Of a DNA stretch of 64,000 nt, positions 55,625-64,000 are shown in pieces. Position 1 is the stretch's first letter, and each line of letters opens with the position of its first letter. The notes below the pieces were generated by a model. The model made no database searches. It saw only the letters and a list, made by a program, of their open reading frames with translations, and was not told where the DNA came from. The translations under genes and the position numbers were made by a program. The DNA lies in assembly GCA_016180645.1 (NCBI GenBank), contig JACPAV010000013.1, positions 1-64,000 of the forward strand, given 5' to 3'. This DNA is from Nitrospirota bacterium. Lineage in GTDB: Bacteria; JACPQY01.

Positions 55625-57400
55625 TCAGAGCGATACTTCGACCTTCTTGTTGATCTTGCTTCCGAGGAAGAAGACCAGGCCGATGAACAGGAAGAAAACG
55701 ATGACGCACAAGGAGACCATGCCCCCTGAGAAACCGTGGGTGGGAAGATAGGCGCCGGCCGACGTATCCTTGAGCGATCCATACACATGCCAGAACTGGC
55801 GGATGCCGGAGCGGATGTAACCCATCAGGCCCATCAACCAGATGAAGGAGATGGTCAGGAACAGGAGAACGTACTGGGATCGCGCGGGCATCTGCCCCCA
55901 GCGGATCGGACCGATGATGCGGGCCCCACGATAAAGGAGGACGTCGATCAGCGTTCCGAAGATGAGGACGGCCGCGACGGCTTCCACTTGGTAGACCGAA
56001 AAACCGACTCGGACGATCGCCGGAACGAAATAGCCGTATACGCCGAGGAATATCACAATACCGGCCGCGCCGATGACCAGCAGGGCAAGCAGGGAGTTGC
56101 CCAAGGCCTTCCATCCGGCCATACATTCCTTGTTGGCGCGCCGGTAGAATAGGAAGCTCAGGTAGGTCGTGAGGATCATGAGGTTCACGGCGGTGTTCTT
56201 GGCCGACATGACTCCGAGGACGCCGAGCACCGGGTGGTGCGATCCGCCGAGCGCGCGGGCTTCCTCCAGGGAGGCAACCAACGAGTGCGGCGTGAGCCAA
56301 ACGGCGTAGCAAAGCGTCAGGACGATCAGGAGTGGAGGGATGGCTCTTTTATATCGCCGGGCGCCTTCGATCTTGCCCATCGCCATCCAAAGGTAGTAAT
56401 TCAGACCCATGAACAGGGCGCCGATGATCGTGGCCTGAACGATCCACAGCCACGAGAAGCTCCCGCCCATCATGGACACGCCCATCTGCTCCGAATACGC
56501 GTAGATTTCCCTCGCCAAGTAATAGCCCATGAAGGGCAGCGGGATGAGCGCCGAGATCATGATGAAGTTGCCGATGTAGCCCATCCAGTCGAAGTAGGCG
56601 CGATCCTCATCGGTCTTGGCCGAGAGGAATCGGAAGGCGGCGTAGGCGGAGGCGACGGCGCCCCCGAAGGCGACGTTGGCGACCATGCGATGGAGGTTGA
56701 GGGGCATCCAGGCGTACGTTTGGATCACCTTCGACATGCTCTCGCGCACGCCGGCATCGGACACGCCCTGCGGCGTCATCGTGTAGGCCACCCATGCGTT
56801 GGTCAGGAACACGATCGTCGTCCCCACGAGATTGAGGAGCACTCCGATCAGGATGTGCAAACCTTTCCTCTTGGCCATCTTGTCCCACGTCAGGAAGTAG
56901 ACTTCGACAAGAATGACCTCCGCGAAGAGCAGGCCGATGTAGACAAACCACGTCGGCTCGAAAATGTTCTTCATATGAACGAAAAACTTCGGGTAGAAGA
57001 TGGCGAAGGCGACAAGCATGCCGCCGCCGGTGAGAGAGGTGATCGCGCCGGCCAGGGCGAACAGTTTGGTGAAGTCCCATGCCAGGAGATCCATCTTGGC
57101 GTCCTTGGTCCGCCAGCCGATGACCTCCACGATGACGGCGAAGATCGGCACCCCAAGCATGAATGCGCCAAGCATGAGGTGAAGCTGCGCTACAACCCAG
57201 ATGATGAGCCGCGAGCCGCCGCGGCCAAAGTCCCGGTAGTCCGCATGGGGGAGCGTTTCGTTGAGGACGTAGATGACAAGGTAGGAAACGACGAGGATGG
57301 CGAGAGTCTTGAAGACGCCCTTGAACACCCCCCCCCCGACACTGTGGTGGGCGTCAGAATTCATTCGACGGGCAACAAGTCCCTGTCCCGGCAAGCGCAT
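55625..57400 (-). CDS. Cytochrome bd-like oxidase subunit I (CydA superfamily, non-canonical)
   Basis: AQLHL and LNLHR histidines at CydA-equivalent positions, many TM segments, MG.IRSG.RQ.W C-terminal motif; no obvious Q-loop. Confidence 0.8.
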   Translation of the reverse strand: MRLPGQGLVARRMNSDAHHSVGGGVFKGVFKTLAILVVSYLVIYVLNETLPHADYRDFGRGGSRLIIWVVAQLHLMLGAFMLGVPIFAVIVEVIGWRTKDAKMDLLAWDFTKLFALAGAITSLTGGGMLVAFAIFYPKFFVHMKNIFEPTWFVYIGLLFAEVILVEVYFLTWDKMAKRKGLHILIGVLLNLVGTTIVFLTNAWVAYTMTPQGVSDAGVRESMSKVIQTYAWMPLNLHRMVANVAFGGAVASAYAAFRFLSAKTDEDRAYFDWMGYIGNFIMISALIPLPFMGYYLAREIYAYSEQMGVSMMGGSFSWLWIVQATIIGALFMGLNYYLWMAMGKIEGARRYKRAIPPLLIVLTLCYAVWLTPHSLVASLEEARALGGSHHPVLGVLGVMSAKNTAVNLMILTTYLSFLFYRRANKECMAGWKALGNSLLALLVIGAAGIVIFLGVYGYFVPAIVRVGFSVYQVEAVAAVLIFGTLIDVLLYRGARIIGPIRWGQMPARSQYVLLFLTISFIWLMGLMGYIRSGIRQFWHVYGSLKDTSAGAYLPTHGFSGGMVSLCVIVFFLFIGLVFFLGSKINKKVEVSL

Positions 57401-57408
57401 CGCGCGTC

Positions 57409-57436
57409 ACTCTATTCAAACGAGGCGGCAAGTCAA
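57409..57436 (-). promoter_or_regulatory. Putative sigma70 promoter of the oxidase operon
   Basis: TTGACT-N16-TAGAGT, 8 nt before ATG 57400. Confidence 0.55.
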
Positions 57437-57512
57437 GCCATTTCGGAGCGACATTCCATGATCCACGTCAGTGGAAAAAGGTGAAGCACTAATCTAGAGT
57501 AGTCAGGTCACG

Positions 57513-58151
57513 ATGAAGAGAAAGCAATTCCGGACGTTCCTGGGGCTCCAGAGAAATCGCTGGATCTATAGGCTGTTCTACCTTCGAGGGGTCCGAAATA
57601 CTCCGTGGCACGATGAGGAACCGATGCCGACGCTCTTGAAATGGCATCGTGAACGGAAGCTGCCGCGTCGAGGGCGGGCATTGGACCTGGGATGCGGCGG
57701 AGGAACAAACACGCTCTGGCTTGCACGGCAGGGGTTCGACGCCACGGGAATCGACATGACTCCGCGAGCAATCGAGTACGCGCGGGACAAGGCGGAGAAA
57801 GCGAACGTGAAGGTCCGCTGGATCCTGGGGGATGTGTTGGCTTCGGAAGTGGGCGACGGCTTTGATGTGATCCTCGATCGCGGGTGTTACCATTCGCTGC
57901 CCGAGGAAGCGCGAGAAGTCTATGCCGAACGCATCCGCTCCTGGCTCCGTCCTCGCGGCGCCTACGTGCTTGGCTGCTTCGTGTGGAGCGGATTCGGCGA
58001 GTGGTCGAGACCGTGCCCCGCGCCTCGCGTGCCCGAGGGGGAGCCGGTCCGCCTGTTCGTCCCGCCATTCGTCCTTCGGGATCGGGAGGAGTTGAGGGAC
58101 AGGGTGGGTGCCGTGAAGACTCGATTTGCGATCCATCTCTTCACTCGTTAG
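57513..58151 (+). CDS. Class I SAM-dependent methyltransferase
   Basis: LDLGCGGG, GID, FDVILDRGCYH. Confidence 0.9.
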   Translation: MKRKQFRTFLGLQRNRWIYRLFYLRGVRNTPWHDEEPMPTLLKWHRERKLPRRGRALDLGCGGGTNTLWLARQGFDATGIDMTPRAIEYARDKAEKANVKVRWILGDVLASEVGDGFDVILDRGCYHSLPEEAREVYAERIRSWLRPRGAYVLGCFVWSGFGEWSRPCPAPRVPEGEPVRLFVPPFVLRDREELRDRVGAVKTRFAIHLFTR

Positions 58152-58160
58152 CATGCGCGA

Positions 58161-58772
58161 GTGAATCGGAACGATCTGGCGACGGAGATCGAGCGCGCGG
58201 CGTCGATTCTCCCCCGGCGTGGTTTCTTGAAGCTCGCGGGAGGGGCCGCGGTGGCCGGTCTTCTGCCGACGTCCTGCGCGGATCTCCCGAGGCATCTTCA
58301 GGTTCCGCCGAGCCGGCCACTCAAAGTGCTGAAGCTTTGGGAGTACGCTTTCATCACCGCGATGACCCGGCGAATGTTGGGACGGCGACCCGCCGAAATG
58401 ATCGATGCCCGCGAAGTCGATCCGGCGGTGTACCTCGACGATATTCTTCCGCTCCTTGATCCCGGAATTTATGAGCCTCTTCGGTATGTGTTCGGTCTCG
58501 TGGAATATTTTCCTTGGCCCATTCTCCCCAAATGGGGCCGGTTCACCCGTTCCTCGGAAGAGGTGCAGGACCGCGTGCTCCTGGATATGCAGGATTCGAG
58601 ATCTGAGGTTCTTCGGGCGGCGTTTACAGCCTTCAAACTTTTGTCCGGCCCGTCGTTCTACGCCCATCCTGCGGCGTGGAAGCTCATGGATTATCCCGGA
58701 CCGCCGTGGCGGGCGCCCGAGCGTCACGCCGAATCGATGAGATATCCGGCCTCCTGGCCTGCGATTCATTGA
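58161..58772 (+). CDS. Tat-signal partner subunit of a GMC oxidoreductase (gluconate dehydrogenase subunit 3-like)
   Basis: RRGFLK, RFT..Q..VL, FYAHP..W..YPGP. Confidence 0.7.
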   Translation: MNRNDLATEIERAASILPRRGFLKLAGGAAVAGLLPTSCADLPRHLQVPPSRPLKVLKLWEYAFITAMTRRMLGRRPAEMIDAREVDPAVYLDDILPLLDPGIYEPLRYVFGLVEYFPWPILPKWGRFTRSSEEVQDRVLLDMQDSRSEVLRAAFTAFKLLSGPSFYAHPAAWKLMDYPGPPWRAPERHAESMRYPASWPAIH

Positions 58773-58806
58773 ACATGGATCGCTGCTGAATGATCCATTT
58801 CGTTCC

Positions 58807-60339
58807 GTGATTATCGAGGCCCGCGACCTCAAGGGTGACTTCGTCCAGTCGGCCGATGCCGTGGTCGTCGGAACCGGTGCCGGTGGCGCGCCTGCCGCGG
58901 CCGTTCTCGCCGAAGCGGGAATGAAGGTGGTGGTCCTCGAAAAGGGCGGCTACTACCTCTCGAACGAGTTCAACGGCGATCAAACCGACATGACGCGCCG
59001 CCTCTGGGTGAACGCCGGATTCAACTCGACGAAGCATGGTGTGGTTACGCTCCTCCAAGGGAGCTGCGTGGGGGGATCGACGCTCATCAACATGTGCCTC
59101 TCGTGGAAGACTCCCCCGGAAACCTTTGAGCGGTGGAAAGAAGAAACAGGTGTGGAAGGATGGACGCCTGAGACGCTGGCCCCGTATCTGGACGAGGTCT
59201 GGCGGGCGATCCACGCGGAAACGGCGACGCGCCCTTACATCAATCGAAACAATCGAGTGTTCGAAATGGGCGCTCAGTCACTCGGATGGGACGTGGTTCC
59301 GATGGCGCGCAACGTGAGCAACTGCCAGAATCTGGGCCTCTGCCTGTACGGCTGCCCGGTGAACGCGAAGCAGTCGACCCTCCTCACCTACATCCCCAAG
59401 GCGGACGCCGCGGGAGCGACGATCCTCGCGGGAGCGGACACCCAGCGGGTGCTCACCGAGAACGGGCAGGCGGCGGGAGTGGAAGGGATCCTCCGGGATC
59501 GCGATACGCGAAAGCCGATTGGAAGCTTCAAGGTGAAAGCGCCGATCGTCTGCCTCGCGGCCGGCGTGATCGAGACCCCCGGCATCCTTCTTCGGAGTCG
59601 GTTGGAAGGGCGTCATGACACCGCGGGGAAATTCCTCACCATGCACACGCACACGTTCTGCTACGGCATCATGGATGAGCCCGTGCATCTCTACTACGGC
59701 GCCCCGCAGACGATCGCCATCATGGAGTTTGCCGACGTGCTGGGGAGGCGAGGTCCGGGTTTCATCATCGAAGCCCTCGGAGTCCATACGGTGAATTTCG
59801 CGATGCTTGGTTATGGGATCGGGGAGATGCACGCCGAGCAGATGAAAAAACTGGACCATCTTGCGATGGCGGATGCGATCCTTCGGGATCGAACGCGCGG
59901 TTACGTGGAGCTGACGGATGCGGGCCTGTCCATGGCCGTTTACGAATACACGGCAGGAGACTTGGCCCTGATCCGGGAATCGGTAAAACGAACGGCGGAA
60001 TGCCTGCTCGCCGCCGGCGCGCAGAACGTGGTGCTTCCAGGCTCACGTCTCGGTCCCATTTCGAGCCGGGACCTGCTCGATGAAGCGGCGGAAGCAGTCA
60101 GCCTCCATCCGGAGCACCAGGCCCTGGCCACGGCCCATTTGTTTTCGACGGCCAGAATGGCCGGCAGTCCCGAACTCGGCTACTGCAATTCGATGGGTGA
60201 GGCGTGGGCGACCAAGGGGCTCTACATTACGGATGCTTCCGCGCTCCCGGCCAACGTCGGCGTGAACCCGCAAGTCACCATCATGGCCGCCGCCCTGCGG
60301 ATCGCTCAGGGGATCGTCGAACAGCGCAAACGGGGCTAG
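58807..60339 (+). CDS. GMC family oxidoreductase
   Basis: GTGAGG, VGGSTLIN, C..LG.C..GC..AKQS, GVNPQVTIMA. Confidence 0.92.
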   Translation: MIIEARDLKGDFVQSADAVVVGTGAGGAPAAAVLAEAGMKVVVLEKGGYYLSNEFNGDQTDMTRRLWVNAGFNSTKHGVVTLLQGSCVGGSTLINMCLSWKTPPETFERWKEETGVEGWTPETLAPYLDEVWRAIHAETATRPYINRNNRVFEMGAQSLGWDVVPMARNVSNCQNLGLCLYGCPVNAKQSTLLTYIPKADAAGATILAGADTQRVLTENGQAAGVEGILRDRDTRKPIGSFKVKAPIVCLAAGVIETPGILLRSRLEGRHDTAGKFLTMHTHTFCYGIMDEPVHLYYGAPQTIAIMEFADVLGRRGPGFIIEALGVHTVNFAMLGYGIGEMHAEQMKKLDHLAMADAILRDRTRGYVELTDAGLSMAVYEYTAGDLALIRESVKRTAECLLAAGAQNVVLPGSRLGPISSRDLLDEAAEAVSLHPEHQALATAHLFSTARMAGSPELGYCNSMGEAWATKGLYITDASALPANVGVNPQVTIMAAALRIAQGIVEQRKRG

Positions 60340-62081
60340 ATCTCGGAGGGAGAAACCTTCCCGTAGCGGAACATTGCGTCGAAGTGCTTGAGCGCGGCCT
60401 GCTCGATGGCGCGGGGCGCGGAGCGGGCAGGGGGAGCCAGCCGATTCTCACAATACATTCGGGCGATGAGGGCCTTTCGTCCGGACCCCGCCTTCGAAAT
60501 CTCCTCCGATGCCTCCTCCACGAGAAGCGCGCCTTGAACCAAATCACAGAACAGATCGGCCAGGTGCTTCGACATCGCGAGCGCCTCTTCTCCATCGGCG
60601 GACGCCATCCGAGTCAGGGCGTCCCGGGCGACACCCAATCCCGCCTCGATGGCTTTTCGGGGGCCTTGGAGCGACGAATGCTTGGCCTGCCCCGCGATGG
60701 AAGCGACCCGCTGAAGGAGCGGTTCGTGTGATTGATGCTTCGCCATGGCCCGGAGGGAATCCAGCACCATGATATTGTCGGCGCCTTCCCAGATCGTGTG
60801 GCATTGGGCGTCCCGGAACTGCCGCGCCATCGGCCAATCCTCGATGTAACCATTGCCTCCGACGACCTCAAGGCTCTTCGAGGCGCACTCGATGCCCTGT
60901 CGCGTGGCGCGCATCTTGGTCAACGGCGCCAGGATCCGGAGATAACTCGCGGCGTTCTCGTCGCCCTTGTTCCGGGCCTGATCGGCCACGCGGGCGCATT
61001 CGAAGACCATCGCGGAGGCGGACTCCGATTCCATCTGAATTTTGAGGAGATCCTCGCGCATCAACGGCCAGTCGGTCAGCCTCCGCCCGAACGCATCGCG
61101 CCGCGAAGCGTAGATGGAGGCTTCGAAAAAACTTCTCCGGGCGATGCCGGCGCCCATGATCCCCACGCCCACGCGGGAAAGGTTCACCATCTCCATCATC
61201 CGGTTGATGCCGTGCTCCCAAGGGTCCTGGGCGTTGCCCTGAAGGATGTAGGCCTCGGCATCGACGAAATCGACTTCGGCCGTGGGAACCGCGCGCGTTC
61301 CGAGTTTGTCCTTGATTCGGCGGATGTGAATGCCGTTCCGCGTTCCGTCGCGCTTCGTCTTGGGAACGGCGAAGAGGCCGATCCCCTTGATGCCTTCGGG
61401 CGCGCCCACGGGCCGGGCCACGGTCATGATGACTTTGGCGTCGACGTTCGAGCAGAACCATTTCAAACCATTGAGGAGCCACGTATCGCCGCTCTTGCGG
61501 GCCGTGGTGGTGAGGACGCCGAGGTCGGAGCCGCCGGTGCGCTCGGTGAGAAACATCGCGCCGTCCCACGCTTCGTCATAGTTCATCGAGCGCATTCGGG
61601 GGAGGAATTCGGCCTTTACGCGATCGTCGCCATACCGTTCAATCAATTCCGCGGCGCCCGCCGTCATCCCGATCGAGCACAGCATGCCGGTCTCCGCCTC
61701 CGCCAGGAAATAGGAGAAGGCGGTCATCATCGAGGCGGGAACCGGCCGGCCCCGGCGCTTCGCCTCGTCGCTCCAAGGAAGACCGTTGAATCCGTTGTTC
61801 CACAAATCGCGTTTCGTCTCGATGGCCGTGGGGTGGTGGACGACTTCGTTGATCTCCATGCCGTTGCGGTCGTACTTGACCAGCTTCGGCGGGTTCTTGT
61901 CGGTGATTTCCGCCCGCTGGGCGATGGGTCCGCCGCACACGGCGCCCCATTTCTTGAGCCAGCCCTCCGACCACGCAAAGTCCTCGGGGGGGATGGACTG
62001 GCGCATCAGGAGCTGCAGATCGGGATCGATCTCGTACCAGTTGAGGCCGATGGCGGATTCGTACTTCGAATAATCAATCAT
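60336..62081 (-). CDS. Acyl-CoA dehydrogenase family protein (AidB-like)
   Basis: MFLTERTGGSD, KWFCS, KDKLGTR, GGNGYIE, TIWEG. Confidence 0.9.
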   Translation of the reverse strand: MIDYSKYESAIGLNWYEIDPDLQLLMRQSIPPEDFAWSEGWLKKWGAVCGGPIAQRAEITDKNPPKLVKYDRNGMEINEVVHHPTAIETKRDLWNNGFNGLPWSDEAKRRGRPVPASMMTAFSYFLAEAETGMLCSIGMTAGAAELIERYGDDRVKAEFLPRMRSMNYDEAWDGAMFLTERTGGSDLGVLTTTARKSGDTWLLNGLKWFCSNVDAKVIMTVARPVGAPEGIKGIGLFAVPKTKRDGTRNGIHIRRIKDKLGTRAVPTAEVDFVDAEAYILQGNAQDPWEHGINRMMEMVNLSRVGVGIMGAGIARRSFFEASIYASRRDAFGRRLTDWPLMREDLLKIQMESESASAMVFECARVADQARNKGDENAASYLRILAPLTKMRATRQGIECASKSLEVVGGNGYIEDWPMARQFRDAQCHTIWEGADNIMVLDSLRAMAKHQSHEPLLQRVASIAGQAKHSSLQGPRKAIEAGLGVARDALTRMASADGEEALAMSKHLADLFCDLVQGALLVEEASEEISKAGSGRKALIARMYCENRLAPPARSAPRAIEQAALKHFDAMFRYGKVSPSEI

Positions 62082-62298
62082 GGGCCGACCTTATCGCGGT
62101 GAAATTGGCAAGTCAATAGTAGGAGAGAGTGACTATCCGTCAGTGCGGACCGGCTGCTTTCAGTGAACGTTGCCGCTCTCGTAGGGAAACTATGACGGTG
62201 GTCAGAAATACTGGGGGACGCGGAAAGACGGGTTGTATCGGCTCCTTTTTTCTTGAATTGGCCCCCAAAGCAAGCTACGTTACCCGCTGCAATCGGCT

Positions 62299-62796
62299 AT
62301 GGCGAAGTATCTTTTTGCGCTTCTCGGCTCCCTCGCAACGCTTGGTGCGCTGGGGACCATCTTCCTCCCAAATCCGGTACACGCGGCGCTCGCCCTGATC
62401 GTGGCCCTCGTGGCCACGGCCGGTGTCTACGTCGTTCTCTCCGCCCCGTTCGTGGCGGTGCTCCAGGTGGCCGTGTACGCCGGCGCGATCATGGTGCTGT
62501 TCCTATTCGTGGTCATGTTGCTCAATGTTCAAGGCCGGGCCGGCAAACGCACCGTCTGGATGGGGCTGGGTGTTCTTGGGGGGGGGCTCATGATGGTCCA
62601 GATTCTCCACTTGGTGCGCATGCTGCGGATGCCGTCCGCGTCCGTGACTGTTCCAGGTTTCGGCTCGCCGCAGGCGGTGAGCGAATTCCTTTTTGCGAAG
62701 TACGCGATTCCGTTCGAGTTGATCTCGGTCCTGCTGCTCGTGGCCATCGTGGGCGCGGTGCTGCTCGGACGCAAGGAGGCACCCAGTGGGCGGTGA
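62299..62796 (+). CDS. nuoJ: NADH-quinone oxidoreductase subunit J
   Basis: QVAVYAGAIMVLFLFVVMLL, PFELISVLLLVAIVGA. Confidence 0.95.
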   Translation: MAKYLFALLGSLATLGALGTIFLPNPVHAALALIVALVATAGVYVVLSAPFVAVLQVAVYAGAIMVLFLFVVMLLNVQGRAGKRTVWMGLGVLGGGLMMVQILHLVRMLRMPSASVTVPGFGSPQAVSEFLFAKYAIPFELISVLLLVAIVGAVLLGRKEAPSGR

Positions 62797-63103
62797 GGCC
62801 GGAGTGCCACTCTCTTATCCCCTGATCCTCTCCGGTGTTCTCTTTTCACTGGGAACGATCGGCTTCTTCATTCGCCGGAACGTGGTGACGATGCTGATGT
62901 GCGTTGAGCTGATGCTCAATGCCGCGAACATTGCTTTCGTGGCCTTCGCCCGGCATCACGCGGAGATGGCCGGACAGATCTGGGTCTTCATCGTGATCAC
63001 TCTTGCGGCGGGTGAGGCCGCGATTGGACTGGCGCTGGTGGTGACGCTGGCGCGCCATCATGGAACGATGGAAGTGGACGACCTCCGTTCGCTCCGAGGA
63101 TAG
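62786..63103 (+). CDS. nuoK: NADH-quinone oxidoreductase subunit K
   Basis: RRN..ELMLNAAN, AAGEAAIGLAL; AAGGAGG RBS. Confidence 0.95.
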   Translation: MGGEAGVPLSYPLILSGVLFSLGTIGFFIRRNVVTMLMCVELMLNAANIAFVAFARHHAEMAGQIWVFIVITLAAGEAAIGLALVVTLARHHGTMEVDDLRSLRG

Positions 63104-63105
63104 GC

Positions 63106-64000
63106 GTGCCGCGCATCTGGCTGATTCCGCTCGTCCCGCTCGCGGGGTTCGTCGTCCTGGGTCTGTTCCATCGGTGGATTCCCAAGAAGGCCATCTCGTG
63201 GATCGCTTGCGGCACGGTGGCGGTCTCGTTCGTCCTTTCGTTCAAGTCCTTCCTCCCTCTCATGCGCGGCGGCGATCCGATCCACTCGGTGTTCTTCACA
63301 TGGCTCACGATTGGGGACTTCAGCGTCGTCTTCGATTATCTCTTTGATCCGCTCTCCTCCGTCATGGCCCTCGTGATTTCCGGAGTCGGCTTCCTCATCC
63401 ATGTGTTTTCGGTGGGCTACATGGGTCACGACAAAGGCTTCGGGCGGTATTTCGCCTACCTCAATCTTTTCATCTTCTTCATGCTCACGCTCGTCCTGTC
63501 GAACTCGCTCCTGCTGACGTTCGTCGGCTGGGAAGGCGTAGGGTTGTGTTCCTATCTCTTGATAGGTTTCTGGTACGACAAGCCTGATCCGCCCCCGGCC
63601 GCCGTGAAGGCGTTTGTGGTCAACCGGATCGGCGATTTCGGGTTCATCACGGCGATGGTGCTTCTGCTGGCGCACCTCCACACCCTTTCGATCTCGGAAA
63701 TTCTGAACATGGCTCCGGAGTACTACGCCGGCCTGCCGGCGGTGGCGGGGCTCATCGGCCTGCTTCTGTTCCTTGCAGCCACGGGCAAGTCGGCCCAAGT
63801 GCCCCTCTACGTGTGGCTTCCCGATGCCATGGCGGGTCCCACTCCCGTGAGCGCCCTCATCCATGCGGCCACCATGGTGACGGCGGGCGTCTATCTCATG
63901 GCGCGATTCCGGCCGGTCCTCGACATTGTGCCGGACGTGACCGCGCTGATTTGCACCATCGGCGCTGTCACGGCGCTCCTCGCGGCCCTGATCGCGCTTG
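63106..64000 (+). CDS. nuoL: NADH-quinone oxidoreductase subunit L, truncated by the window end
   Basis: Hand translation from GTG 63106: WEGVGLCSYLLIGFW, KAFVVNRIGD, GKSAQVPLYVWLPDAMAGPTPVSALIHAATMV. Confidence 0.95.
   Translation, partial: MPRIWLIPLVPLAGFVVLGLFHRWIPKKAISWIACGTVAVSFVLSFKSFLPLMRGGDPIHSVFFTWLTIGDFSVVFDYLFDPLSSVMALVISGVGFLIHVFSVGYMGHDKGFGRYFAYLNLFIFFMLTLVLSNSLLLTFVGWEGVGLCSYLLIGFWYDKPDPPPAAVKAFVVNRIGDFGFITAMVLLLAHLHTLSISEILNMAPEYYAGLPAVAGLIGLLLFLAATGKSAQVPLYVWLPDAMAGPTPVSALIHAATMVTAGVYLMARFRPVLDIVPDVTALICTIGAVTALLAALIAL

Noticed and set aside
62116-62298. Structured RNA or riboswitch upstream of nuoJ
   Set aside because: No motif I can recognise; a covariance-model search would be needed.

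Overview
GC-rich diderm bacterial DNA. The gene content resembles Nitrospirota or Deltaproteobacteria-like lineages, which is an inference only. In order, the window holds: secreted msrB-msrA; a TIGR04282/TIGR04283-type glycosyltransferase pair; a ~16 kb signalling island (receivers, PAS/GAF hybrid kinases, HDOD, HD-GYP); a radical SAM gene; icd-mdh; a GGDEF gene; rtcB; an NsrR-type nitrosative-stress operon with its operator; sthA; a run of envelope genes (propeller lipoprotein, FadL-like, nucleotidyltransferase-TPM-LemA, parvulin); pckG; a cytochrome bd-like oxidase / multiheme cytochrome c / cupredoxin / USP / radical SAM operon; a GMC oxidoreductase; an acyl-CoA dehydrogenase; and nuoJKL, cut by the window edge. 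Two observations stand out. (1) rtcB, split in two by the ORF track, reads as one 481-codon gene whose catalytic Cys codon is an in-frame TGA followed by a SECIS-like hairpin with a GGUCU loop, so it is a likely selenocysteine RNA ligase. (2) The window carries several sequence-unrelated 69- or 72-nt twin-hairpin elements with GGA loops. They are bounded by short direct repeats and sit precisely inside other palindromic repeats, inside one another, and in frame inside genes (a histidine kinase, sthA, pckG, a lipoprotein signal peptide). No tRNA, rRNA, CRISPR array or transposase was recognised.
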